Part shown: positions 1 through 7,424 of the stretch, piece after piece | Position numbering within the stretch: the first letter of the stretch is position 1 | Layout of the letters: every line of letters begins with the position of its first letter | Assembly: GCA_042216675.1 (NCBI GenBank) | Contig: JBDGTS010000031.1 | Coordinates: forward strand, 1-11,760 | Origin: Halobacteriaceae archaeon | GTDB lineage: Archaea > Halobacteriota > Halobacteria > Halobacteriales > Halobacteriaceae | Direction of reading: 5' to 3' | DNA length: 11,760 nucleotides | Notes under the pieces: model-generated | The model's input: the letters and a program-made list of their open reading frames with translations, nothing else | Told to the model about the DNA's origin: nothing | Databases searched by the model: none | Program-made: the position numbers and the translations under genes

Positions 1-313
1 CGTCCTGTTCGCCGTCGTCGTCCATCTTCATCAGGGCGACGGGGCGGGCCTCGACGACGCACCCGGGGAACGTCTGGTCCTCGACGAGAACGAGGGCGTC
101 GAGGGGGTCCTCGTCGTCGTACCACGTCTGCGGGATGAAGCCGTAGTCACTCGGGTAGTGGACGTTGCTGTGGAGCACCCGGTCGAGGACGACGCCGGGC
201 ACGTCTTTGTCGTACTCGTACTTGTTCCGTTCGCCTTTGAGACACTCCACGACGACGTTGATCTCCTCGGGCGGGTTCGCGCCTGCTTCGAGGTCTTCCC
301 AGAGATTCACCAT
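1..313 (-). CDS. ipp: Inorganic pyrophosphatase (family I), 5' part; runs off the window start
   Basis: Manual translation from ATG at 313: MVNLWEDLEAGANPPEEINVVVECLKGERNKYEYDKDVPGVVLDRVLHSNVHYPSDYGFIPQTWYDDEDPLDALVLVEDQTFPGCVVEARPVALMKMDDDGEQD. Contains the KYE, YP.DYGFIPQT and D.DPLD motifs of family I PPases. Absent from the ORF track because it is truncated. Confidence 0.95.
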   Translation of the reverse strand, partial: MVNLWEDLEAGANPPEEINVVVECLKGERNKYEYDKDVPGVVLDRVLHSNVHYPSDYGFIPQTWYDDEDPLDALVLVEDQTFPGCVVEARPVALMKMDDDGEQD

Positions 314-335
314 ACGAACGCCTGCCCCGACGAGA

Positions 336-350
336 TTCTAATGCCTTTCG
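336..350 (-). promoter_or_regulatory. Putative BRE/TATA of ipp
   Basis: Minus strand reads CGAAAGGCATTAGAA. The AT-rich box lies about 23-29 nt upstream of the ATG at 313, consistent with a leaderless transcript. Confidence 0.4.
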
Positions 351-400
351 GAACGCGCTCTCACCCGCCAACGGCGGCGAATCGAGACGTATGCCAAGTG

Positions 401-408
401 TTTAAATA
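401..408 (+). promoter_or_regulatory. TATA box of the PadR/RosR gene
   Basis: TTTAAATA lies 23-30 nt upstream of the ATG at 431. Confidence 0.7.
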
Positions 409-430
409 GCCGGATGACATGTTTCGACTC

Positions 431-775
431 ATGCCGGAGGCACAACAGGCACAATCCACGGAGGCACGAGATCTGACTGCGTTCCAGAAGAACATCCTCG
501 TCGTGCTGTCGAACGAGCCACGCTACGGGCTCGCCATCAAGCGCGAACTCGAAGACTACTACGGGGAGGAAGTCAACCACGGCCGTCTCTACCCGAACCT
601 CGACGACCTCGTCAACAAGGGGCTCGTCGAGAAGAGCGAACTCGACAAGCGGACGAATCAGTACGCGCTGACCGACGCCGGCCACGAGGCCGTCGTCGGG
701 GACCTGTCGTGGATGCTCTCGCAGTTCGTCACCGACGAGGAGCGTGCGGACCTCGTCCGCGAACTCATCGAGTAG
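431..775 (+). CDS. rosR: PadR-family winged-helix regulator, RosR-like (oxidative stress regulator)
   Basis: DLTAFQKNILVVL..EPRYGLAIKRELEDYYGEEVNHGRLYPNLDDLV.KGLVEKSELDKRTNQY is a typical haloarchaeal PadR. The context ipp / hypothetical / rnhA / tfb matches my recollection of the Halobacterium rosR locus. Start 431 is preferred over 419 because of TATA spacing. Confidence 0.8.
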   Translation: MPEAQQAQSTEARDLTAFQKNILVVLSNEPRYGLAIKRELEDYYGEEVNHGRLYPNLDDLVNKGLVEKSELDKRTNQYALTDAGHEAVVGDLSWMLSQFVTDEERADLVRELIE

Positions 776-1334
776 GCGTCTCGCGACCCGCCACTTCGAA
801 CAGTATTTCCAAGGACTCCTCCAGCGACTGCTCCTGTTCCTCACTCGGCCACGCGTTGCGCCGGAAGTAGTCCTCGGTGAACGTCTCTATCTCGCGCTCG
901 GCGGCCGTCTCCACCGGGCGTGCGTAGTGGTTGCTCATGAACGCCGCGAACGCCTCCGCGGTGTCGCCGTGGACGTCCCCGTGTTTCTCGCGGACCTCGC
1001 GGGCGATTTCGCGGTTGTGTTCGGCCACGTCCGACCACTCGTCGGGGTCGCCCGGCCCGGCAAGGGGGACCTCGACGGCGCGGTTCGTGTCCTCCACGGC
1101 GTCGAAGCGAACGACGCCCTCGTCGTCGAGCCATTCGGCGGGGTGACAGACCAGCGTCACCGATTGTCCCTCCTCGCGGACACGGCAGTCGTAGTCGTAC
1201 TCGGCCAGCAGGTCCGCCCGCTCCTCGCGGTAGGCCGCGATTTCCTGTTCGTCGACGGCCCGCCGCGCGAGACGCGTCAGTCGCTCGACGGCCGCCACCG
1301 TCTCGTCGGGGAGGTCGGTGTCGTCAGTCGTCAT
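765..1334 (-). CDS. Conserved haloarchaeal hypothetical protein ('rnhA operon protein')
   Basis: 189-aa acidic ORF with halophilic composition. It overlaps the rnhA 3' end by 11 bp (probable operon) and overlaps the convergent PadR gene end by 11 bp. Confidence 0.8.
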   Translation of the reverse strand: MTTDDTDLPDETVAAVERLTRLARRAVDEQEIAAYREERADLLAEYDYDCRVREEGQSVTLVCHPAEWLDDEGVVRFDAVEDTNRAVEVPLAGPGDPDEWSDVAEHNREIAREVREKHGDVHGDTAEAFAAFMSNHYARPVETAAEREIETFTEDYFRRNAWPSEEQEQSLEESLEILFEVAGRETPTR

Positions 1335-1917
1335 CGAGAGCCTCGTTCGCTAAGTCGTCGGCCCGGTCGTTTACCTCCCTCGGAACGTGTGTCATCGACC
1401 ACTCCTCGAAACTGTCGAGCAGTTCCCGGGCGCGGACCCGCTTCTCCCGCAGGTCGGGGTCGTTCGTGTCCCACTGCCCGGTCACCTGACGGACGATGAG
1501 CTGGGAGTCGCCCCGAATCTCCACCTCGTCGAAGCCGTAGTCGGCGGCGACTTCCAGCCCTCGAATCAGCGCCTCGTACTCGGCCTGATTGTTCGTCGCG
1601 CGGCCGATGCGCTCGCCGCCCTCCGCGACGATACCGTCGCCGGAGACGAGCACCCATCCGATGGCCGAGGGTCCGGGGTTCCCCCGGCACGCGCCGTCGA
1701 AGTAGACGTGGACGCGCCCGCCACCGCCCTCGATGACGGCCGTGATGTCCGCCGGCCGGGAGCCCTGAACGACCACCTTGTCGTCGTAGGCGACGGCCGT
1801 CGCGTCCCCTCGCTCGGCGCGCCAGCGCTCGTGCGCCGTGTTTCCCTCACTCACGTCCGCGCCGGCGTCGCGGAGACGCTCTTTGGCCGCTGACACGTCG
1901 CAGTTGACGACCGGCAT
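1324..1917 (-). CDS. rnhA: Ribonuclease HI with haloarchaeal N-terminal domain
   Basis: Catalytic motifs VYFDGACRGNPG, TNNQAEYEAL, GDSQL and HVPREVNDRADDLAN. Start MPVV at 1917 is chosen because ATATAA (1942-1947, minus strand) sits about 25-30 nt upstream; an alternative ATG is at 1938. Confidence 0.93.
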   Translation of the reverse strand: MPVVNCDVSAAKERLRDAGADVSEGNTAHERWRAERGDATAVAYDDKVVVQGSRPADITAVIEGGGGRVHVYFDGACRGNPGPSAIGWVLVSGDGIVAEGGERIGRATNNQAEYEALIRGLEVAADYGFDEVEIRGDSQLIVRQVTGQWDTNDPDLREKRVRARELLDSFEEWSMTHVPREVNDRADDLANEALDDD

Positions 1918-1940
1918 CGGGGTGTCATCGCCGTTCATCT

Positions 1941-1948
1941 CTTATATC
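1941..1948 (-). promoter_or_regulatory. Putative TATA box of the rnhA operon
   Basis: Minus strand GATATAAG at canonical spacing from ATG 1917. Confidence 0.55.
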
Positions 1949-2050
1949 CCTTCGGCTTCATACAGGGAGGCCGGAGAGGTCCGAGGACGCGAGAGGCCGC
2001 GTTCCGCCCGCGTCGGCGCTTCCTGTCCTCTCAACTACGTCACAACCGCC

Positions 2051-2064
2051 CAAGGGTTTAAGTA
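2051..2064 (+). promoter_or_regulatory. BRE/TATA of tfb
   Basis: CAAGGG-TTTAAGTA, with the TATA 28-35 nt upstream of ATG 2092. A second AT-rich box, TTTATAAG, is at 2080-2087. Confidence 0.6.
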
Positions 2065-2091
2065 CCTGCAAACCGCACCTTTATAAGCACG

Positions 2092-3048
2092 ATGACACGG
2101 TCCACTCGCCAGCGAGAGCGCGAATCGGAGGCCGAGGAGGAGGAAGACGGTGTCCGGGTCTGCCCGGAGTGTGACTCCAACAACCTCGTGAAGAGCTCCG
2201 ACCGCGCAGAGCTGGTCTGTAACGACTGTGGACTGGTCGTCGAGGACGAGCAGATCGACCCCGGGCCGGAGTGGCGCGCGTTCAACCATCAGGAGCGACA
2301 GGAGAAGTCCCGCGTCGGCGCGCCGACGACGCAGACGATGCACGACAAGGGACTGACGACCACAATCGACTGGAAGGACAAGGACGCCTACGGGCGTTCG
2401 ATCTCCTCGAAGAAGCGCTCCCAGATGCATCGGCTCCGCAAGTGGCAAGAGCGCATCCGGACGAAGGACGCCGGCGAGCGGAATCTCCAGTTCGCACTCT
2501 CGGAGATCGATCGCATGGCGAGTGCGCTCGGCGTCCCCCGGTCTGTTCGGGAGGTCGCGTCGGTCATCTACCGGCGCGCGCTGAAGGAGGACCTCATCCG
2601 CGGGCGCTCCATCGAGGGCGTCGCCACGTCGGCGCTGTACGCGGCCTGTCGCAAGGAGGGCATCCCGCGTTCGCTGGAGGAAATCAGCGAGGTGTCCCGG
2701 GTCGAGCGAAAGGAAATCGGCCGGACGTATCGCTACATCTCCCAGGAACTCGGATTGGAGATGAAGCCTGTCGACCCCAAAAAGTACGTCCCCCGGTTCT
2801 GCTCGGAACTCGAACTCTCGGAGGAGGTGCAGTCGAAGGCCAACGAGATAATCGAGACGACGGCCGAGCAGGGACTGCTCTCGGGCAAGTCCCCGACGGG
2901 CTACGCCGCGGCGGCCATCTACGCCGCATCCCTGCTCTGTAACGAGAAGAAGACACAGCGAGAGGTCGCGGACGTGGCGCAGGTGACGGAGGTCACCATC
3001 CGGAACCGGTATCAGGAGCAGATCGAGGCGATGGGCATCCACGGCTGA
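2092..3048 (+). CDS. tfb: Transcription initiation factor IIB (TFB)
   Basis: Zn ribbon CPEC..C.DCG, B-reader [22 protein letters not shown], and two cyclin repeats ([31 protein letters not shown]). Confidence 0.97.
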   Translation: MTRSTRQRERESEAEEEEDGVRVCPECDSNNLVKSSDRAELVCNDCGLVVEDEQIDPGPEWRAFNHQERQEKSRVGAPTTQTMHDKGLTTTIDWKDKDAYGRSISSKKRSQMHRLRKWQERIRTKDAGERNLQFALSEIDRMASALGVPRSVREVASVIYRRALKEDLIRGRSIEGVATSALYAACRKEGIPRSLEEISEVSRVERKEIGRTYRYISQELGLEMKPVDPKKYVPRFCSELELSEEVQSKANEIIETTAEQGLLSGKSPTGYAAAAIYAASLLCNEKKTQREVADVAQVTEVTIRNRYQEQIEAMGIHG

Positions 3049-3126
3049 CTCCACCAGTCTCGCTCTCACTTCCGCCCTCGCCCGCGCATCGAAGTTGTTT
3101 TGCGTCGCTGTTCAGTCTGCACAGGT

Positions 3127-3825
3127 ATGACCGCGCCGTGGGACTCGTGGGATCACGTCCTCAAGGTGGACCCCGACAAGGACCTGCCGAACGGGGAGAC
3201 CTACGAGGACGTCGCGCAGACGGGCACCGACGCCATCGAAATCGGGGGGACCCTCGACGTGACCGCCGACAAGACACAGCGGATCATCGACGCCTGCCGC
3301 AAACACGACGTCCCCCTGTATCAGGAGCCGAGCAATCCCGCCGTCGTCGTCGAGGACGACGCCCTCGCGGGCTACCTCGTCCCCATCGTGATGAACGCCG
3401 GCGAGGTGTCGTGGATCACGGGCGCGCACAAGGAGTGGGTCCGGATGGACGACGTGGACTGGACCCGGACGACGACGGAGGCGTACGTCGTCCTCAACTC
3501 CGACGCGTCCGTCGCCCAACTCACCGACGCCGACTGCGACCAGACGGCCGGCGACGTGGCCGCCTACGCAGAAGTCGCGGAACAGATGTTCGGACAGGAA
3601 ATCGTCTACGTCGAGTACTCCGGGATGCTGGGCGACACCGAGAAGGTCGGCGCCGCACACGACGCCCTCGACGACGCAACCCTGTTCTACGGCGGCGGCA
3701 TCCACGGCTACGAGGACGCCACCGAGATGGCCGCGCACTCGGACGTCATCGTCGTGGGCGACTTGCTCCACGACGAGGGCTGTGCGGCCGTCCGCGAGAC
3801 GGTCCGCGGCGCTCGCGACGCGTAG
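3127..3825 (+). CDS. pcrB: Group I geranylgeranylglyceryl-phosphate synthase / PcrB-family prenyltransferase
   Basis: [33 protein letters not shown] and LFYGGGI motifs of the GGGPS/HepGP TIM barrel. ATG at 3127. Confidence 0.9.
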   Translation: MTAPWDSWDHVLKVDPDKDLPNGETYEDVAQTGTDAIEIGGTLDVTADKTQRIIDACRKHDVPLYQEPSNPAVVVEDDALAGYLVPIVMNAGEVSWITGAHKEWVRMDDVDWTRTTTEAYVVLNSDASVAQLTDADCDQTAGDVAAYAEVAEQMFGQEIVYVEYSGMLGDTEKVGAAHDALDDATLFYGGGIHGYEDATEMAAHSDVIVVGDLLHDEGCAAVRETVRGARDA

Positions 3826-3869
3826 CGTGGGACACAAGAACAAAGCCCCATCCCGTCTTTTCCCCCAGA

Positions 3870-4523
3870 ATGAGTATCGTCGCCGAGTTCGAAATCCGCT
3901 CGCCCGACCTCACGCTCGCGCCGACGTTCGATGCCATCGACGGCGTGACGTACGACCTCGTCACTGAGGCCGCGACGGACCCCGAGCGGCCGGTATTGTT
4001 CTTCTGGGTCTCCGCGCCCGACTTCGACGCGTTCGAGGCGGCCCTCGACGACGACCCGACGGTGACGGACGTGACCCGACACGCCGACGAGGGGGACCGC
4101 CGCCTCTACCGCGTGCGCCTCACGGAGAACGTCGAGGTGGTCCTCTATCCGCTCTGGGCTCGGCTGGGCGCGGACCTGCTTCACGCTCGGTTCCGGGACG
4201 GCTGGTGGCAGTTCCGGGTCCGCTTTCCGGACCGCGACGCGGTGGGCACTATCCGCGACTGGTTCGCCGACCACGGCGTCGAGTTCCGGCTCCAGAGCGT
4301 CGTGCAGGCCGCTGCAATCGACGCCGACGAACCGCTCTCGGCCGCCCAAGCCGAGGCGCTCGAACTCGCCTTCGAGCGTGGCTACTTCGCCGTGCCGCGC
4401 GAAGCCTCGCTCGGGGAGTTGGCCGACGAACTCGACGTGACCGCGCAGGCAGTCTCCGAACGCCTCCGGCGCGGAACCGCCAACCTGCTCGCGGACCACT
4501 TCGACGGCGACCCCATCGCGTGA
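3870..4523 (+). CDS. Bacterio-opsin-activator-type (HTH_10) transcription regulator
   Basis: C-terminal 217 aa of the 3138-4523 ORF, from ATG 3870 (MSIVAEFEI). The C-terminal LSAAQAEALELAFERGYFAVPREASLGELADELDVTAQAVSERLRRG is the classic haloarchaeal HTH_10 motif. Confidence 0.9.
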   Translation: MSIVAEFEIRSPDLTLAPTFDAIDGVTYDLVTEAATDPERPVLFFWVSAPDFDAFEAALDDDPTVTDVTRHADEGDRRLYRVRLTENVEVVLYPLWARLGADLLHARFRDGWWQFRVRFPDRDAVGTIRDWFADHGVEFRLQSVVQAAAIDADEPLSAAQAEALELAFERGYFAVPREASLGELADELDVTAQAVSERLRRGTANLLADHFDGDPIA

Positions 4524-4540
4524 CCCGACCAAATGGCCGC

Positions 4541-4548
4541 GTTTAAGG
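4541..4548 (+). promoter_or_regulatory. TATA box of aspS
   Basis: GTTTAAGG lies 23-30 nt upstream of ATG 4571. Confidence 0.65.
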
Positions 4549-4570
4549 CCGCGCCACCAGAAGCGGGGGT

Positions 4571-5875
4571 ATGGAAGGGCGAACCTACACCGCGGACGCG
4601 ACCCCCGGCGACCACGTCACCGTCGCCGGCTGGGTCCACGAGATCCGCGACCTCGGCGGCATCGCGTTCCTCATCCTCCGCGACAAGACCGGGCAGATTC
4701 AGGTCAAGTTCGAGAAAGACGAGATGGACGAGGACCTCGTGGAGACGGCGCTCGACGTCCACCGCGAGAGCGTCATCTCGGTCACTGGCGACGTGGAGGA
4801 GGAGGGCCGCGCCCCGACGGGCGTCGAAGTCGTCCCCGAGAGCGTCGACGTCATCGCGCCCGCGGACCCCGAACTCCCCCTCGACCCCTCGGGGAAGGTG
4901 GAGGCGGACCTCTCGACCCGACTGAACAACCGCACCCTCGACCTCCGGAAGCCCGAGACGAAGGCCATCTTCGAGATTCGGGCCGAGGTCCTGCGCGCGA
5001 CCCGGGAGGCGTTCCGCGGCCTCGGCTGCACCGAGATCAACACGCCGAAAATCGTCGCCACCGGGACGGAGGGCGGCACCGAGCTGTTCCCAATCACGTA
5101 CTTCGGCGAGGAGGCGTTCATGAACCAGAGCCCCCAGCTGTTCAAACAGCTGATGGTCGGCTCCGGGCTGGAACGCGTCTTCGAAATCGGCCCCATCTTC
5201 CGCGCCGAGGAGCACAACACGCCGCGCCACCTCAACGAGGCCACCTCCATCGACTTCGAGAGTGCGTTCGTCGACCACGAGGAGGCCATGGACGCCTGCG
5301 AGGCCGTCGTCGTCGCCGCGTACGACGCCGTCGCGGAGAACTGCGCCGAGCAGTTAGCGGCGCTGGGTATCGCCGACGAGTTCGAGGTGCCCGACGACGG
5401 TTTCCCCCGGCTCACCTACGAGGAGGCCATCGAGCGCGTGAACGCCTCGGGCGACCTCGACGAACAGTTGGTCTGGGGCGACGACCTCTCGACGGAGGCC
5501 GAACACGCGCTCGGCCAGACCGTCGGCGGCCACTACTTCGTCACCGACTGGCCCTCCAGCATCAAGCCGTTCTACATTCAGGACTACGAGGACGACCCCG
5601 ACGTGTCGAAGGGCTTCGACATGATGCATCCCCGGATGGAACTCGTCTCCGGCGGTCAGCGCGAGCACCGCCACGAGGCGCTGGTCGAGGGCTTCCGCCA
5701 GCAGGGGCTGGACCCCGACCAGTTCGAGTACTACACCAAGATGTTCCGCTACGGGATGCCGCCCCACGCCGGCTGGGGGCTGGGCGCCGAGCGCCTGCTG
5801 ATGACGATGCTTGACCTCGACAACATCCGGGAAGGCGTGCTGTTCCCGCGAGATCGTCAGCGCCTCTCGCCGTAG
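4571..5875 (+). CDS. aspS: Aspartate--tRNA(Asp/Asn) ligase, archaeal type
   Basis: OB-fold start ([19 protein letters not shown]), RL.NR.LDLR, motif 2 [13 protein letters not shown], motif 3 [16 protein letters not shown]-terminus [11 protein letters not shown]. Confidence 0.97.
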   Translation: MEGRTYTADATPGDHVTVAGWVHEIRDLGGIAFLILRDKTGQIQVKFEKDEMDEDLVETALDVHRESVISVTGDVEEEGRAPTGVEVVPESVDVIAPADPELPLDPSGKVEADLSTRLNNRTLDLRKPETKAIFEIRAEVLRATREAFRGLGCTEINTPKIVATGTEGGTELFPITYFGEEAFMNQSPQLFKQLMVGSGLERVFEIGPIFRAEEHNTPRHLNEATSIDFESAFVDHEEAMDACEAVVVAAYDAVAENCAEQLAALGIADEFEVPDDGFPRLTYEEAIERVNASGDLDEQLVWGDDLSTEAEHALGQTVGGHYFVTDWPSSIKPFYIQDYEDDPDVSKGFDMMHPRMELVSGGQREHRHEALVEGFRQQGLDPDQFEYYTKMFRYGMPPHAGWGLGAERLLMTMLDLDNIREGVLFPRDRQRLSP

Positions 5876-5893
5876 GCGACGGCGCAGACCATC
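5852..5893 (+). other. Imperfect hairpin centred on the aspS stop codon (possible 3'-end/terminator structure)
   Basis: GATCGTCAGCGCCTCTCGCC-GTA-GGCGACGGCGCAGACCATC: TCGCC/GGCGA, GCGCC/GGCGC, GTC/GAC and GAT/ATC can pair. Confidence 0.6.
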
Positions 5894-6017
5894 GAGCGGG
5901 TGCTTGCGGAATCTCTGATTCCGCTCTGTTCCCGCGAGACCGGCAGCGACTCTCTCCGTAGAGTCGGTGTCGAGCGGGTGCTTGCGGAATCTCTGATTCC
6001 GCTCTGTTCCCGCGAGA
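5892..6017 (+). repeat. Exact 48-bp direct repeat (5892-5939 = 5970-6017, period 78 bp)
   Basis: TCGAGCGGGTGCTTGCGGAATCTCTGATTCCGCTCTGTTCCCGCGAGA occurs twice. It contains the hairpin GCGGAATC-TCT-GATTCCGC and the aspS-derived CTGTTCCCGCGAGA. Confidence 0.95.
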
Positions 6018-6163
6018 TCGCCAACGGCTGAGCCCGTAACGAGGCCGAGCGAAGCGAGGCCTCGGGAATGCGAGCGGGAGCGAAGCGACACGCGAGCGGC
6101 GAAGCCGTTGGGAGCCAGCGAGACGCTACGTCTCGCACGGACCGGCAGCGACTCTCTCCGTAG
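5926..6163 (+). pseudogene. aspS: Three displaced fragments of the aspS 3' end (5926-5961, 6004-6039, 6140-6163)
   Basis: They translate to [22 protein letters not shown] and DRQRLSP*. Protein identical to the aspS C-terminus, with synonymous codon changes. Confidence 0.85.
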
Positions 6164-6171
6164 AGTCGGTG
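5938..6171 (+). repeat. Exact 32-bp direct repeat (5938-5969 = 6140-6171)
   Basis: GACCGGCAGCGACTCTCTCCGTAGAGTCGGTG occurs twice. It encodes DRQRLSP* and contains the hairpin CGACTCT-ctccgt-AGAGTCG. Confidence 0.95.
6040..6136. repeat. Cluster of short palindromes (REP-like)
   Basis: CGAGGCC-gagcgaagcga-GGCCTCG (6040-6064), a second GAGCGAAGCGA (6078-6088), CGGC-GAA-GCCG (6097-6107) and GCGAGACG-CTA-CGTCTCGC (6118-6136). Confidence 0.75.
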
Positions 6172-6282
6172 GCGCGCGGGGGCTCGTCAGGAGCGACAGT
6201 TCGGCCCGCTAGCACCGTGATAGCCGCCACGGACCGATTCGAGGGCTGACCTATTTGTTCGTGGCGTGTGAACGACGAACGC

Positions 6283-6516
6283 ATGACCGACGCGTACGTC
6301 AAAATCGTCTCCGACCCCGGCGCCGTCTCGCAAGCCGCACGAACCGTCGCGAACTTCGACGAGGTGAGCGACGCCCACGTCGTCACCGGCGAGTATGACA
6401 TCATCGCCCAACTCGAACTGAGCGACGACGAGGACCTGCCGGTGGTCGTGGGGGAACGCATCCACGGCGTCCCCGGGGTCATCGACACCGAGACCCACGT
6501 CGCGTTCGAACCCTGA
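6283..6516 (+). CDS. Stand-alone Lrp/AsnC ligand-binding (RAM) domain protein
   Basis: 77 aa, MTDAYVKI...V.DAHVVTGEYDIIAQLE...I.GVPGV.DTET.VAF, matches the AsnC C-terminal domain pattern with no HTH. Confidence 0.85.
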   Translation: MTDAYVKIVSDPGAVSQAARTVANFDEVSDAHVVTGEYDIIAQLELSDDEDLPVVVGERIHGVPGVIDTETHVAFEP

Positions 6517-6524
6517 AGGCAAGG

Positions 6525-6531
6525 TTTAACG
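6525..6531 (+). promoter_or_regulatory. TATA box of pantoate kinase
   Basis: AAGG-TTTAACG, with the TATA 25-31 nt upstream of ATG 6556. Confidence 0.55.
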
Positions 6532-6555
6532 ACCGGCCACCCGGATTCGCGGGGG

Positions 6556-7377
6556 ATGGGTAGCCCCGAGTCGGCGACGGCGTTCGCTCCGGGCCACGTC
6601 ACGGCCTTCTTCAGCGTCCACCGGCACGAGGACCCGGTCCGCGCGGGGTCCCGCGGCGCGGGCGTGGCGACGAGCGACGGCGTTACGACGACCGTCACCC
6701 CCGCCGACGAGACGACCGTCACGCTGAACGGTGCCGAAACGGTTATCGAACCGGTCGAGCGCGTCCTCGACACGCTCGGCGTGACCGCACACGTCGTCTG
6801 CGAGACGACGCTCCCCCTCGGGGCCGGGTTCGGCGTCTCCGGGGCCGCGGCGCTGGGGACGGCGTTCGCGGCCGACGCGGCCGTCGAGATGGGTCACTCG
6901 GAGAACCGACTCGTCACCGTCGCGCACGTCGCCGAAGTCCAGTCCGGAACCGGTCTCGGCGACGTGGTGGGGCAGGCCCGGGGGGGTCTGCCGGTCCGCC
7001 TCGACCCCGGCGCGCCAACCCAGGGCCGCCTCGACGGCGTGCCCGCGACGGGGCGCGTCGAGTATCTCACTTTCGGCGACCTCTCGACGGCCGAGGTCAT
7101 CGAGGGCGACGTGACCGACCTCTCGGCGGCGGGGGCGCGAGCCCTCGATTCGCTTCGGGACCGGCCGACGCCGGCCCGTCTCGTCGACGCCGGGCGGGCG
7201 TTCGCCCGAGAGGCCGACCTGCTCGTCGACGAGGTGCGCGCCGTGCTGGACGCCGTTCCCGAAGCGTCGATGGCGATGCTCGGCCGGAGCGTCTTCGCCT
7301 TCGGTACGGCGCTGACGGACGCGGGATACGACGCGTCCGTCTGCGAAATCGACCACGCTGGCGCCCGACGCCGCTGA
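6556..7377 (+). CDS. pok: Pantoate kinase (GHMP family; archaeal CoA biosynthesis)
   Basis: AFAPGHVTAFF, GSRGAG, GHMP motif LPLGAGFGVSGAAAL, AHVAEV..GTGLGDV, SMAMLG.SVF. Confidence 0.92.
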   Translation: MGSPESATAFAPGHVTAFFSVHRHEDPVRAGSRGAGVATSDGVTTTVTPADETTVTLNGAETVIEPVERVLDTLGVTAHVVCETTLPLGAGFGVSGAAALGTAFAADAAVEMGHSENRLVTVAHVAEVQSGTGLGDVVGQARGGLPVRLDPGAPTQGRLDGVPATGRVEYLTFGDLSTAEVIEGDVTDLSAAGARALDSLRDRPTPARLVDAGRAFAREADLLVDEVRAVLDAVPEASMAMLGRSVFAFGTALTDAGYDASVCEIDHAGARRR

Positions 7378-7424
7378 GACCGGCGCGTACCTTTTTGTCG
7401 GCGTTTGCCGTGTGTTCACGAGTG

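Noticed and set aside
3138-3869. N-terminal 244 aa of the 461-aa ORF (apparent large fusion regulator)
   Set aside because: Arg-rich alternative frame overlapping pcrB; the real regulator starts at ATG 3870.
5354-6138. Minus-strand ORFs with internal peptide repeats (5354-6091, 5857-6138)
   Set aside because: The peptide repeats simply reflect the DNA repeats, and the ORFs overlap aspS antisense.
5876-6163. Stop-codon readthrough giving a repeated AspS C-terminus
   Set aside because: Copies 1 and 2 are offset from the aspS frame (86 and 164 nt). Copy 3 (offset 288 nt) is in frame but lies far downstream of the aspS stop, and each copy ends in its own stop.
5892-6171. Mini CRISPR array (palindromic repeat with ~30-bp spacers)
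   Set aside because: Only two copies of a 48-bp repeat; the 'spacers' are aspS-end variants continuous with the repeat; no leader or cas genes in the window.
5876-6280. tRNA or known ncRNA in the structured intergenic region
   Set aside because: No cloverleaf or T-loop consensus recognised; the structure is explained by local hairpins and gene-end copies.
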